Positions 47,801 to 58,699 of a stretch of 64,000 bases of DNA are shown one piece after another. The notes beneath the pieces were generated by a model, which saw only the letters and a list, made by a program, of their open reading frames with translations, did no database searches and was not told the origin of the DNA. This DNA comes from Mobula birostris (lineage: Eukaryota). Both the position numbers and the translations under genes were made by a program. The stretch spans positions 3,887,665 through 3,951,664 of the forward strand of contig NC_092384.1 in assembly GCF_030028105.1 (NCBI RefSeq). The letters are read 5' to 3'. The first letter of the stretch is position 1. Each line of letters starts with the position of its first letter.

Positions 47801-50800
47801 CAGGTATAAATTGTCCCGTCATCCACAGGCTCAGTCTCAGTCAGGCAGCTTGAAGCCTCGTACAATCCCGCAGTTGTCTTTGTTTTGATTGGCTCGACCT
47901 CAGGTATAATATCTGACCCATTCTTGTACCAAGTTATGTTCAGACCTTGCGGGAAAAACGCAGCGGTGTTACAAATAAGAGCGAGGGTGACTGGCTTGTT
48001 CTTAGGCAGCATAACCTTCAGACGCAGCGGGGTTGGAGGATCTGGAAATAAAATGGTTTAGTTTTAGCAACACAAAGCTTTTAACAAATTTGAAGCATAT
48101 TACATTGCAGCATCAAAATATCTTAATGGAATGACAATTGTCTTTCAGCCTTCTGCAACAAGTTTAGAACTTTTTATTTAAATATCTAACTTGTTTTTTT
48201 CTGTGAGATTCAATCCCTCAAGAACCAAACTGCGTTTTTTTTTTAATTGATTGTTGAATGCTTTGTTTTTATGGGTCACGCCAACTTGTACATCTCTTGC
48301 TATTTCTAGGTCTTGTGGAACTAAAAGAGAGGTAGCTATAGAGAAAATGAATGAAACACTGAACTTCATGTACATAATTTCAGATCCAAAGCATTAAATT
48401 GAAAGTTACGTTGCCCCGTTTTCGATTATAATTCGGTGACCCAATTGAAGAAGTTTACTTCTTTACAATACTTTAGCCGGACAATTTGAAAATTACACTC
48501 TCTCTGGTCAGATATATATAAACATAGAAAACCCACAGCACAATACAGGCCCTTCGGCCCACAAGGTTGTGCCGAACATGTTCCTACGTTAGAAATTACT
48601 AGGGTTATCCATAGCCCTCTATCTTTCTAAGCTCCATGTACCTATCCAAAAGTTTCTTAAAGACCCTATCATATCCGCCTCCTCTAGCGTTGCCGGCAGC
48701 CCATTCCACGCACTCACCACTCTCCATGTAAAAACCGCACCCCTGACATCTCCTCTGTACCTAGTCCCAAGCACCTTAAACCTGTGCCCTCTTGTGGCAG
48801 CCATTTCAGCCCTGAGAAAAAGCCTCTGACTATCCACACGATCGATGCCTCTCATCATCTTATACACCTCTATCAGATCATCTCTCATCCTCCGTCGCTT
48901 CAAGGAGAAAAGGTTGATTTCACTCATCCTGTTTTCATTTGAGTAGGTATTTGGTTGTTAATTTGAGTAGGTAACCCGGGGACAAGGATTATTCATAACT
49001 AAAATGAGATGAAGAACACGGTTGAGTAAGAAGAATTGCATTAAACAACGTAAATCTGAACCAAGAGGGATCCTGCTCTTTAGAATCATGTTTATCAAAG
49101 AGAGAAAGAAAAAGTTTCTGAAATTCGAAAACAATTTACCGAAACAAAAATACAGCCACAGATATTTTTCAGACTATGTGAAAAGTCCAAAGCGCTTTGA
49201 ATTAGTACTCCCATCGTGAATTATTATTGTTCAACTCCATTTACAATGGTTCACGCAGAATGTGAGCTTGAGGTGCAAACACTCAAATAAATTTGCGTCC
49301 ACAATCCTCACTCTATATGAGTGATCGTACCGTCGTTTCCCATTCTGAAACTAAAACCTTGGGCGAAACGGAAGGCTCATTCAAAAAGAATGATTCATGT
49401 CATAAAATTGATCGATCATCATTGCATTGTCAATCATTCAGTCTTTCAAGTCCCAGCATGTTCCAGGAAAAAAAAAACAAGAGTGTGATCAAATCACACA
49501 CTTCAGAGAAATATGTGGCAGCAATGAAGCTGGTCCAGGAGAAATGCACACACATAAAGAAAGAAGCGCTGTACTTGTGAGATGATATCACAAGTCTGGA
49601 TGGAAAAGGAATCTTGGCCTTATAGATTTATGTGAGGCTGAGATAGGCCGGATGGTCAGAATTCTCGTTTTCTATCCTGTGGCAGGTGAGTCCAGAAAGA
49701 AAAGGCACTTTGTAACGGCGGAAATTTAGAAACGTTATGCGTTCGTTTTTACCCCACATAGAGACTGGTACCACAGTAAGTACATTGTACCGAATCTTGA
49801 TGGGAAGGCTCAAGCAAGTATAAACCGAATTCAGGAAAAGCCAAATTCAGCTGGACCGTTTCTTTCTACGACACGTCTACGATTCCGTCATTCTATGCAC
49901 TTAAAAAAAATAATAAATAGTCTCACTGAGCGCGAGCATATTCGACACCACAAATAGAACCTCTTTCAACAACGTCGACAGGTTGTCTATAGTGTGCACA
50001 TTGGATATTACAACAGCCTCCCATTAGCATTTCATCAATAGGATTAAAACTGCCCCAGACTGCAGTCATTTTACTATCCAGGGTAGGAAAGCCATGCCGC
50101 ATTTACTGATCAAGCACTGTCACTTCTGACCCAGATGGCTGCTTGAGAATTTAGGAAGTTACCCATTAGCTACATAGTATGCTTCTAACAATCATGGATC
50201 ACTAAATCAGCTCGGCAGTAATGTTGGTTTTCCTAGTAACGCCCAAATCCATTAGATAGAGAAAGCACAAAACATTTTACACAAGGGGAGCGAGCGAATG
50301 GGACAGACAGACCTCGCCTGGTCCTCTGGCACTCACCGTAAACCATCAGCTTTGTACCCGTCCCATTTGAAACTGTGGCGTGTATCAACCGGCAGAAATA
50401 AACCCCGGCGTCTTCTGCTGTCACAGCATTAATCTGTAAGATGGCACTTCCCTGGCTTAGGAAATATGAATAGATTCTTCTGTCGAGTCTCTCGTCCAGG
50501 TAACTGTCTTCCCCGTCTCTCCACCAATGCACTCTCACGTATTTATGGGGCAAAATTGGAAAGATGCAGTAAAGTTTTGCCGTGTCACCTCTCGTCACCG
50601 TAACCTCGGGATCTTGCCTCAAGGTGAACGTAGAATTACCTTTGGCTGTTGGGAAAGCATTAAACACAAAATGAAACATCTAGTCCGAATGATACACGGA
50701 TGATTACGCAAATCATATATAATTGGCGTTCAACGAAAAACAGAAAAATACAGCTACATTGATAGAAAATAACAAATGAAATGCAATATTAAATATTAAT

Positions 50801-50888
50801 CAGTTGAATATAAAATAAGATTGTAGCGAGAGAGAAGTATACCGGTGCCGCTGACATTCAGGATGATTAATGGCAGCAAGAGTCTCAT
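38709..50888 (-). CDS. Gene B: spliced type I membrane IgSF receptor, leader-V(J)-C1-TM-ITIM-ITSM; complement join(50843..50888,50337..50645,47739..48041,42346..42444,41784..41821,[39432..39488 optional],38709..38864)
   Basis: GT/AG junctions with phases 1,1,1,1,0,(0). Total 951 nt (316 aa) without the optional exon or 1008 nt (335 aa) with it; open throughout. Same domain plan and shared motifs as gene A. Confidence 0.88.
39432..39488 (-). CDS. Gene B candidate exon 6 (PSLNKGNHTVCLLDNLSRQ), optional
   Basis: 57 nt, phase 0-0, open. Donor CAG|GTAACC is good, but acceptor AAATGCAAG| has a weak pyrimidine tract. It can be skipped without a frameshift. Confidence 0.4.
40650..41075. repeat. 30-nt minisatellite, about 14 copies (AGTAAAGTGCGGGCAAACAACAAGATGCAG) in a gene B cytoplasmic-region intron
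   Basis: Regular 30-nt period decaying to 27-28-nt units at the right end. It adjoins a minus-strand Rex1/Babar-like 3' remnant (about 41080-41400). Confidence 0.95.
41784..41821 (-). CDS. Gene B exon 5, basic juxtamembrane cytoplasmic exon (GMRRMSNGRDNTR)
   Basis: Acceptor CACTCTAG|, donor AGG|GTAAGG. The 38-nt length converts phase 1 to phase 0, exactly what the terminal exon needs. Confidence 0.72.
42346..42444 (-). CDS. Gene B exon 4, stalk + uncharged TM (DSDKYNSFDQRIYGYLGTGIILFLIVIFIVIGR)
   Basis: Acceptor AACATTACAG|, donor G|GTAAGA, phase 1-1, 99 nt, about 21 uncharged residues. Confidence 0.88.
42540..43100 (-). mobile_element. Degenerate Rex1/Babar-like RT fragment
   Basis: LRNYVLNFINYRPQVVKLHN..LIILNNCAP remnant. 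Confidence 0.5.
43757..43980. repeat. GC-rich tandem array (about 34-nt unit, GAGGCTTGGAGACAGGCTTGGGGTCTT core) inside the LTR-like element
   Basis: Five to six imperfect copies are visible. Confidence 0.85.
44221..44407. repeat. 30-nt minisatellite, six copies (GCACGGAGCCTTGGACTAGAAGAGACGGRA)
   Basis: Six near-perfect units; accounts for the repetitive ORFs (PSLLVQGSVL, TEPWTRRDGS). Confidence 0.95.
45790..46640 (-). mobile_element. Penelope-like 3' remnant in gene B intron 3
   Basis: Same GIY-YIG C-terminal remnant (GAGTGGAAGAGCAATGCCTTATATTCCGTTTGAG on -) and terminal repeat as the 25.6-kb element. Confidence 0.6.
47739..48041 (-). CDS. Gene B exon 3, C1-set Ig domain
   Basis: Acceptor TTTTATTTCCAG|, donor G|GTAAGA, phase 1-1. 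Protein ALICNTAAFFPQGLNITWYKN..GLYEASSCL..YTCQVSH. Confidence 0.93.
48522..48935 (-). mobile_element. CR1 3' end in gene B intron 2
   Basis: LFSLKRRRMRDDLIEVYKMMRGIDRVD..RGDVRG; tail ACATAGAAA near 48522. Confidence 0.8.
50337..50645 (-). CDS. Gene B exon 2, V-set Ig domain with joined J-like G strand
   Basis: Acceptor TTCCCAACAG|, donor G|GTGAGT. Protein FTLRQDP..KLYC..VHWWRDG..DRRI..SAILQINAVTAEDAGVYFCRL..SNGTGTKLMVY. Confidence 0.93.
50843..50888 (-). CDS. Gene B exon 1, signal peptide MRLLLPLIILNVSGT
   Basis: ATG at 50888 on the minus strand, hydrophobic core, donor G|GTATAC at phase 1, 197-nt intron before the V exon. Confidence 0.82.
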
Positions 50889-51847
50889 TATCTCACAGCA
50901 CAAAGCTGAAAGAAACAGTTGAATGAACGAAGTGGCAAATAAACAGCGAGAGGAGTGCTACCAGTAAGGTTTGGTTCCAGTGGGCGTGTCCGGCTTCAAA
51001 TCTGCACACATATTAATTACATCTCTACGCAACAACACACTTTAATTTTTCAGTTACTGGTTGCTCACGCGTCTCCAAATGCTGCGCAAAAGACAAATCT
51101 TTTTACCTTTTTTTGTTTTTGCTGTGGCTGCGATTGCCATTGTGCAATGCTCTCGCGCTGGCTGTTACGAATATCCTGTCCGAAAGGACTGATTATGGAA
51201 AGCCCGTGACATTTCGCTGGTACATTCTTTTTTGAATGCACCAACAGTTTCCAGTCAACCTTCCGAAAAGCAAGTACAAAAACACTTCACCACGACCGCC
51301 TCGCCTACTCTTCTTGCAACATCGTCAGCCTATGTTGTTGTGAGGCATACACTCTGTCAGAGGATTGCACAGTTGAACTCATTTTGGAATTGATAGGCTC
51401 GCTGTAAATGGCGACCTGCAGATCCTGCGGTCGCAACTGGCAAAAAAACCCGGGCGTACATAAGAACAATATCTTTCCACCACCGCCTCAGAGGTCAGAC
51501 CCACAGTACATGTAAGTAGGCGGCCTTTCACGGGCATTTGAGCTATAGTTGTTAGAAGATTATTGAAATTTAGTCAGTCTCCGGGTATCTTGATTCCTCC
51601 TCAGTTTACAGTGAGCTAAATTTTCATACATTTAGCAAGCATTGGTAAAAGTATTCTGAACTCATCCACGTTGAGATAAAAGACTACAAGATAATACAAA
51701 AAAAAAAATCAAAACAACTCCAAAATTGGAAAAGCACGGAGGAGCAAAGAGTGGAACCGCCGTCTGCGATCTCCAAGCTGTTCACCCCGATGGTATTTTC
51801 GTTGTTGCTGGTGTCTTCAATCATTTTGAGTTAGATTTACACGGATT

Positions 51848-52300
51848 TTGCCTCGATCGGAGAGCGTAGCTTATGAGAATAGGTTGAGTGAACTTGGCCT
51901 TTTCTCCTTGGAGCGATGGAGGATGAGAGGTGACCTGATAGAGGTGTATAAGACGATGAAAGGCATTGATCGTGTGGATAGTCAGGGGCTTTTTCCCACG
52001 GCTGAAATAGCTAACACGAGGGAGATAGTTTTAAGGTGCCTGGAAATAGGTACCGAGGGGATGTCAAGGATAGGTTTTTCACACAGAGAGTGGTGGGTGC
52101 GCGGAATGTACTGCCAGCGGTGGTGGAGGTGGATACAATGGAGTATTTTAAGAGCCTCTTAGATCGTTACATGGAGCATAGAAAAATAGAGGGCTATGTG
52201 TTAGCTAAATTCTAGGCAGTTTCGAGAGTAGGTTACATGGTCGGCACAGCCATGGGCCGAAGGATATGCAATGTGCAGGGTATGTTCTAAGAAGTTCCTG
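51848..52300 (+). mobile_element. CR1 3' end upstream of gene B
   Basis: YENRLSELGLFSLERWRMRGDLIEVYK followed by the family 3'UTR. Confidence 0.8.
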
Positions 52301-54260
52301 CCACACTTCTACCAGCATTTGAACTTCGAAACTAGAGGAAAGAATATACTGGACCTGGTGTATACCAACGTTCATTGAGCCCGTAGGGCTGTCCTCTACT
52401 GCCGCCCCCGTCCTCACCTCAGGTATTCAGACCACATACCGATTTTGCTAACCGTGGATATAGACACCTTTTAAGCAAGGCAAACCTTGTTTAAACGAAG
52501 AGCAGGACTAGACCAGAAGTTGTCTTCTGAGCGCTGCAGGACTGCTCCGAGAGTGCGGACTCGAGCATATTGAGGGTGATAGTCAACAGTAATGAACCAG
52601 TGACTGGCTGTATACGAAAATGAATTAAGGATGTTACCATAATTAAACTCTACACCGTCAGAGCATATCAGAATTATGCCTGATTGCGGAGGATGGTGCA
52701 CAGCATAGAGCTCGGGATATTCTTTTCAGATCAGAGGACAGTTCAGCGAGAGCCGCGCTGTCTTGTGCCATCAGGAAGGCAAACGGGAGCGCGCACAATA
52801 AATTCAGACATTTCTGACACCAGGGACACGCAGCGCATGTGGCAAGGTATACAGGCCATAACAGGTTCCTCATATGCACGAGTTAACGCATTGAATGAAG
52901 TAACATCAAGGAAAGCCCCGTCTTCTCGTGAAGAACAGACAGCCTGATTGGCCGCAGCCGAGGTGTGGAAGTCCCACGCCAGGGTAAACGCACAGGAAGC
53001 TGTGGACGGGGGATCAGGCCTGGTCAGGTGCTGAGGGGGTATGCGGCCCAGCACACACAGCAGTTAATGGACATTGTAATATCTATTTGAAGCAGTTCGT
53101 TGCCTCTGGAGACTGTAAGGCAGGCAGCATCATTCTTCTGCTCAGGAAATACCGTCGGAAACTGATAACCGCACAGTAGCCGTCAAGAAGTGCTTTGAGG
53201 GTCTGGCAATGGATCATGGAAATCCCATCGGACCTCTTAGTTCCAGTTTTCTTACCGTCCACAGATGATTCCACAGTCACGGCCCTTCACTCCGTCCTGT
53301 CCCACCGAGAAAACGATGCATCACAGGGCAGGCTGTTGTTCATTGACTTCAGCTCGGTGAAATGATGATTATCCCTCAGAGGCTGATCAGCAAACTGTCC
53401 TCTGTGGAACTCATTGTGCCTCTCCGTAACTGAATCGTCGACCTCTTGAGGGAAAGGCCACGGTACGTTCGAGTTGGTAGCAACATCTCAAGCTCCATCA
53501 AGCTGAGCCCAGGTGTCCGCCAGGGCTGTGTGCACATCCGGCTGCTGTTCGTGCTGCTGACTGATGACCTACTGCCACATTCAGCTCAAAGCACATCAAG
53601 TTCGCTGATGATATACGTGGCTTGTCTGATCAGCAACGATGATGAATCGGGGTGCACAGGACGTGTACGAATGCTTGCTAAATAGTGCGAGAACAACAAT
53701 GTGAGTCTCAACACCCACGACAAAAGAGATGAATTAGGACCAGGAAGGCACAGGTCGACCACGCTCCATTGAACATGAATGGTTCTGTTCTGGAAAGCAC
53801 CGTGCAGCAGGTTCCTTGGCGTGCGCAGGACGAGCGCTCTAGCGGACCGACAACACCTCCTTACGAGTCGAAAAGGCACAGCGGCGACTATAGATTCTGA
53901 ATAGATTGACGTATGCAAGGTTACCTGACCATATGATCACAACGTTCTGCAGCAGCACCATCGAGATTCTGCTTATGTGGAACGGAAACAGCAAGGTATC
54001 GGTCGACGAGACCCGATAGTGGATAGCAAAAGACGCTGGAAGGATTACCGGGGTTTCCATCCCCCTCCCATCACCATTTATCGGGAGCTTTGCAGACAAA
54101 GAATCATTGTTGAGTATTTGTACCACAAATCCCAGAATTTCCTGGACACGTTACAGTCTGGAAAGTACAGTCACATCTGGACTAGGTCTGCCAGAGTAGA
54201 TTATTACTTCTCTCAGGCAGTAAGCCAAGTGAATACCCTGGCACCGCCGGTGTTCCGTCG
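52300..54260 (+). mobile_element. Degenerate Rex1/Babar-like LINE (RT region)
   Basis: Ordered remnants MWQGIQAIT, LLFIDFSS, LSPGVRQGCV and FADD-like; multiple frameshifts. Confidence 0.65.
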
Positions 54261-54309
54261 CTAGGACAGCCAGCTGTTTACAGTTTACTAAAGCACCACA
54301 CGCACAATA

Positions 54310-54720
54310 GCGTAGAAAAACAGCAAGCCAGTAAGCATCTATGAAATAGAGTACAGTCGAGTTACGGGCGGAGACCCTTCATCAGGGTTGGAAAAGAAAT
54401 GAGGAATCAAGAGTAAGAAGGTGGGGTAGGACTGGAAGAAACACCAGGCGATAGGTGAAATCCGAAAGAGGTGAGGGTGAAGTGAAGTAAAGAGCTGGAA
54501 AATTGATTAGTGAAAGAGATATAGGGTTGGATAAGTGTGAATTTCATAGGACAGGGCAGAAGGCTATGGGAAAAAATAGGGAGGAGCAACCGAGGAAGGT
54601 GATGGGCAGGCAAGGAGCTAAATGGGAACGGAGAATGTCGAATAAGGTAGGGGTATCATGGGAAGTTCGAGAAATCGATGTTTATGCCATTAGATTGGAC
54701 GCTAGATTTTCCATCTTCCA
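54310..54720 (-). mobile_element. Penelope-like terminal remnant
   Basis: Purine-rich tract ending in GCATGAACATCGATTTCTC-like sequence, plus a terminal repeat containing CTGATGAAGGGTCTC on -. Confidence 0.55.
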
Positions 54721-54763
54721 TGACCTTCTGTTCAACATGATCGTGGCTGATCCAATACAGTCC

Positions 54764-54772
<9 letters not shown>

Positions 54773-54818
<46 letters not shown>
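54773..54818. repeat. (CT)n microsatellite
   Basis: Uninterrupted CT dinucleotide run. Confidence 0.95.
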
Positions 54819-54823
<5 letters not shown>

Positions 54824-55694
54824 ACGTCTTCCTTTATTTTTTTATATAAGATTACTTTCCCTTTAACTACCTCTAATAACCCAGTCTCCAAAACTCTCTT
54901 CTTCGGCAGAGAATTCCAAAGACTTATTAACATCTTCAAAGATATCTCCTATCTGCGTTTTTTTTTTAATCTTAGAAGTAGTCTCTTGCTTGGAACAGGA
55001 CACTGAGTATATGTGAAGGAAAACAGAGATAATGCCACATAATGAAGCCACATTTCTGCACTGTGAAAATGAGAGAAAAAAAAATCAGGGTGTGTAAATA
55101 ATAAGTTAAATAAAGGGATTGTCTCTGTTAAGGTGTGGCACAGCGTTAGTGAAGTCATTGGGTGTGCGAGTTAAGCAGTTATTTAGAAATACTACAGCAG
55201 AGTAATAAACTTTTAAGAACCTAAATTGTGAGTGCCACTTGTAGGAAACGTCAAGCAGATCCGACAATATCAGTGTAAAATTTAAAATCCCGTGAAAATT
55301 ATAGATGGATTAACTGCAGCCGATCTGGAGAGTTCCGATGCAATAGATAAAGCTATTGAATGAAATTGTAGAATTCAGCGTTATGTCCAGAAGCCTGGAT
55401 GGAATATACAGTGTCTATGCTTACATACGGTGCTAATAGATAAGTATAACAAGACAGTGACACAGAAGTCAGACAGACCAATAGAAGTTGGAGTACAATG
55501 GTAAAAATGTGGAAGGCCGAAACATTCTATGCTCTCAATGCAGGGAATTTGCAGATGCAAACTATATTACTTGCTGTGATCAGAATGCAATGTATGGTGT
55601 TTCAGGAATTTCACGTTCAGTGCTTCATTGAAAGGGCTGCCTGGGTATCCGGATGATGGAAAGTGTAGCTGTTATAGGAAAGTGTTAAAATCTA

Positions 55695-56220
55695 TACTCA
55701 GTACCTCCAGAATGTAATAAAGTGGCGACTGAATGTGTATGTTCGTAGTCTTCTGCTGCTGTAGCACATCCACTTCAATGTTCAACCTGTTGTGCATTCA
55801 GAGATACTTTTCTGCACATCACTGTTGTAACGAGTGGTTGTTTGAGTTACTGTCACGTTCCTGTCAGTATCAAACACTCTGGCTATTTTCTTCTGAAGTC
55901 TCCCATTAATAAAGAGATTTTGCCCCTAGACTGACACTCTGTTGATGTTTATTTTTCGCATCATTCTCTATTACCTCTAGGAGCTGCTGTGCGTAAAAAG
56001 CACAGATCAACAGCTTCTGAGATACACGTCTGGCACCAACAATCATTCCACAATCAGAATTACTTACAGCACATAACTCCACTGTTCTGATGTTTGGTCT
56101 CAACAACAATTTTATCTTTTTAATTTGTCTGCATGCTTTTAAGTATTGAGTTGCTGTCACGTGATGACTGTGTTTACCAGCAAGTATACAGGTGTATCTA
56201 AAAAATATGTCACCGAGTCT
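55695..56220 (+). mobile_element. Tc1/mariner-derived non-autonomous element
   Basis: TATACTCAGT..AATAAAGTGGCGACTGA start; internal CGTCTGGCACCAACAATCATTCC; end ATACAGGTGTATCTAAAAAATATGTCACCGAGT. No transposase ORF. Confidence 0.5.
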
Positions 56221-56399
56221 ATCTCGTTACACTAGCAAGTGCAATGAGTATGAACAGATTTTCATAGGGAAGGAAAAGTTAAAATGAGATATGCAGGGCA
56301 AAAAACATATACAGAGGATGATGGGCGCTTTGGAGACACAGTCACAGTGGGTAATGAAGCGAATAAAATGAGGCATATTGGAGTCTCTTAGAGATAAAA

Positions 56400-58660
56400 T
56401 ACTGTAGAACTCCAAACAGAACAGAACACTACAAGTCCTTCGGCCACGACGTTTTGCCACCATTTAACTTCTCCAAGAACCACATACCCGTCCCTCCGAC
56501 ATAATACTCATTTTCTTTATTTCATCCAGGTGCTACAAAGACTATTTTAAATGTCCCTAAAATATCGTCTTCTACCACCAAACCTGCCAGAGCAATCTAC
56601 GTACCTACCATGATTTGTATAAAAAGAATCTCTAACTCAGACTTTCCTCCAATTACCTTGAAGCGATGCCTCCACTTATAAGCCATTTCCACCCCGGAAA
56701 AATGTCCAATCTACAGTATCTGTATTTCAAAACATGCGGTAAGCATCTATCAAATAACCACTTGCCTCCGTCTCTCCAAAGAGAGAAACCCCAGCTCACT
56801 CAATCTTTCCTCCTGGACATGCTCCCAAATTCAATCAGAATCCTGGTAAATCACATCTGCACAATGTCTATTGTTTCCACATCCTTCCTATTATGAGATG
56901 ACCAGAAATAAACACATAACTCCAAGTATAGTCTAACCAGAGTTTCATAGAGTTGCAACTATAATCTAACCAGAGTTTCATAGAGTTGCGACATTATCTC
57001 GTGGTTCTTTAAATGTGTCCCAACTAACCAGCAAACCACATGCTGTCTTGCCCACACTACCAACTTGCACTGCAGCTCTGAGCGTTCTATATTCATGGAC
57101 CTCAATATCCCTCTGTTCCTCAACACTGTTACGAATACTGCCATTAGCTCTGTATTCTGCCTTAAAATATGATTCAATAATGAATCACTTCACATTTATT
57201 TTGTGATGGAACACCTATTCCCATTCCCCTGCCTAGTTCTGCCACGACCAATATCCCTTTCCACCCTACGACAATCTTCTACTATATCCAAAATACCACC
57301 AACTCTAGTTCCACCTGCAAACTTACTAAACCACCCATGCAATTCCCCATCCAACAGTCATAGAGCAGCTCTCGCAGAACGGACCTCTAGCAGAAGACAC
57401 TCCAGCTACTAGTAGCGCTTGCCTTCTGTGGGCACGCAGCTAGGTTTCCGGTGACTCGGTGATTCTTCTGAGTCTACCACAGTGACCCTTGTCAAACGCC
57501 CAGCTAAAATCCATATACATTACATCCGCATTCTGTCTTCAACAATATGTTTGGACACCTATTCAAAGAATTCAGTCTGGCTTGTGGTGCTCCAGCTGCT
57601 CTCACAAAGCTGTGTTGACTAACCCTAATCAGACTCTTCTTCTCCAAATCCTCAAAAAGATTTCTCTCTGAAGCCTCTCCAATAGATTACGCACCACTGC
57701 CGTACCACCCATTATCTATAATTCCCATGGTTAACGCTATCACTAAGAAGACCGCAAAAAAAAATCATCATGCAAGGTCCACGAATCTCCTCCCTCGCTT
57801 GCCGTAGCAAACGATGAACAGTGATATATCCAGTTCGGTCCCGGAAACATATATGCAAATCATAAACACGATGCTGAAAATTCAAAGCAACAACCACAAT
57901 ATGCTGGAAGATCTCAACAGGTCAGGCAGCATTTGTGAAAGTGAATAAGCAGTCAACGTTTCTGGCCGAGACCCCTCTGCAGACCCGAAACGTCGACTGT
58001 ATATTAATTTCCATTGATGCTGCCTGATCTATCGAAGTCTCACAACATTTCTTGTGTGTTGCTTCCTATCCCTGTTTATGATTTTTGGTCAAAACTTCCA
58101 GCACAACTTTTTCTTTAATGCCGACATGCTTCGGCGTTTCTGTCTGTTCCATGCCAACCTGAAATTCATCAAGGTCCTTCTCAATGGTGAGTACTGAGGC
58201 AAAGTCTTCATTAAGGACACTCCTCTACCTCCAACGACTCCAGACACATTTTTCCTCTTTTAGCTCTGATCAGCCCTGTCATTACTTTAGTCATTGAGCT
58301 AACTGTTGAACGTCTTGGGATTTCCCTTAAAGGCTTTTCCGCCAAGGGTTTCTCATGCCCACCAGTAGCTTCCATAAGTCCATTCTTAAGAGATTTCCTG
58401 GCTACCTTATAATTCTCAACAGTGGTGTCTAAACCTTCACTAGGCATCTTTCTTCGTTTTTGTTCAGATAATCCATATCACTTTTCAACCGTGATTCTTT
58501 GGCGCTACCATCATTGCTTGCCTCAGTGGGCAAACCTATCCTGAAACACATCCATGTACTCCCTAAATAACTTCTACATTCCCGTTGTGCATTTCCTTCA
58601 ATAAATGTGTTCCCAATTTATGCTCTCAAGTTCCTGTCTAATAGCACCATAATTGTCCCT
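56400..58660 (-). mobile_element. Old degenerate CR1 fragments
   Basis: LKNHEIMSQLYETLVRL; YKVARKSLKNGL..GHEKPLA remnants. Confidence 0.55.
57890..58065. repeat. Degenerate hairpin element of the same family (other copies at about 20820-21010, 29415-29580 and partial 15645-15737)
   Basis: Inverted arms ATGCTGGAAGATCTCAACAGGTCAGGCAGCAT..CAGTCAACGTTTC / GAAACGTCGACTG..ATGCTGCCTGATCT. Confidence 0.7.
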
Positions 58661-58699
58661 CCCCGAATTTGATCAGGGCATAACGGCGTCAACGCGTGG

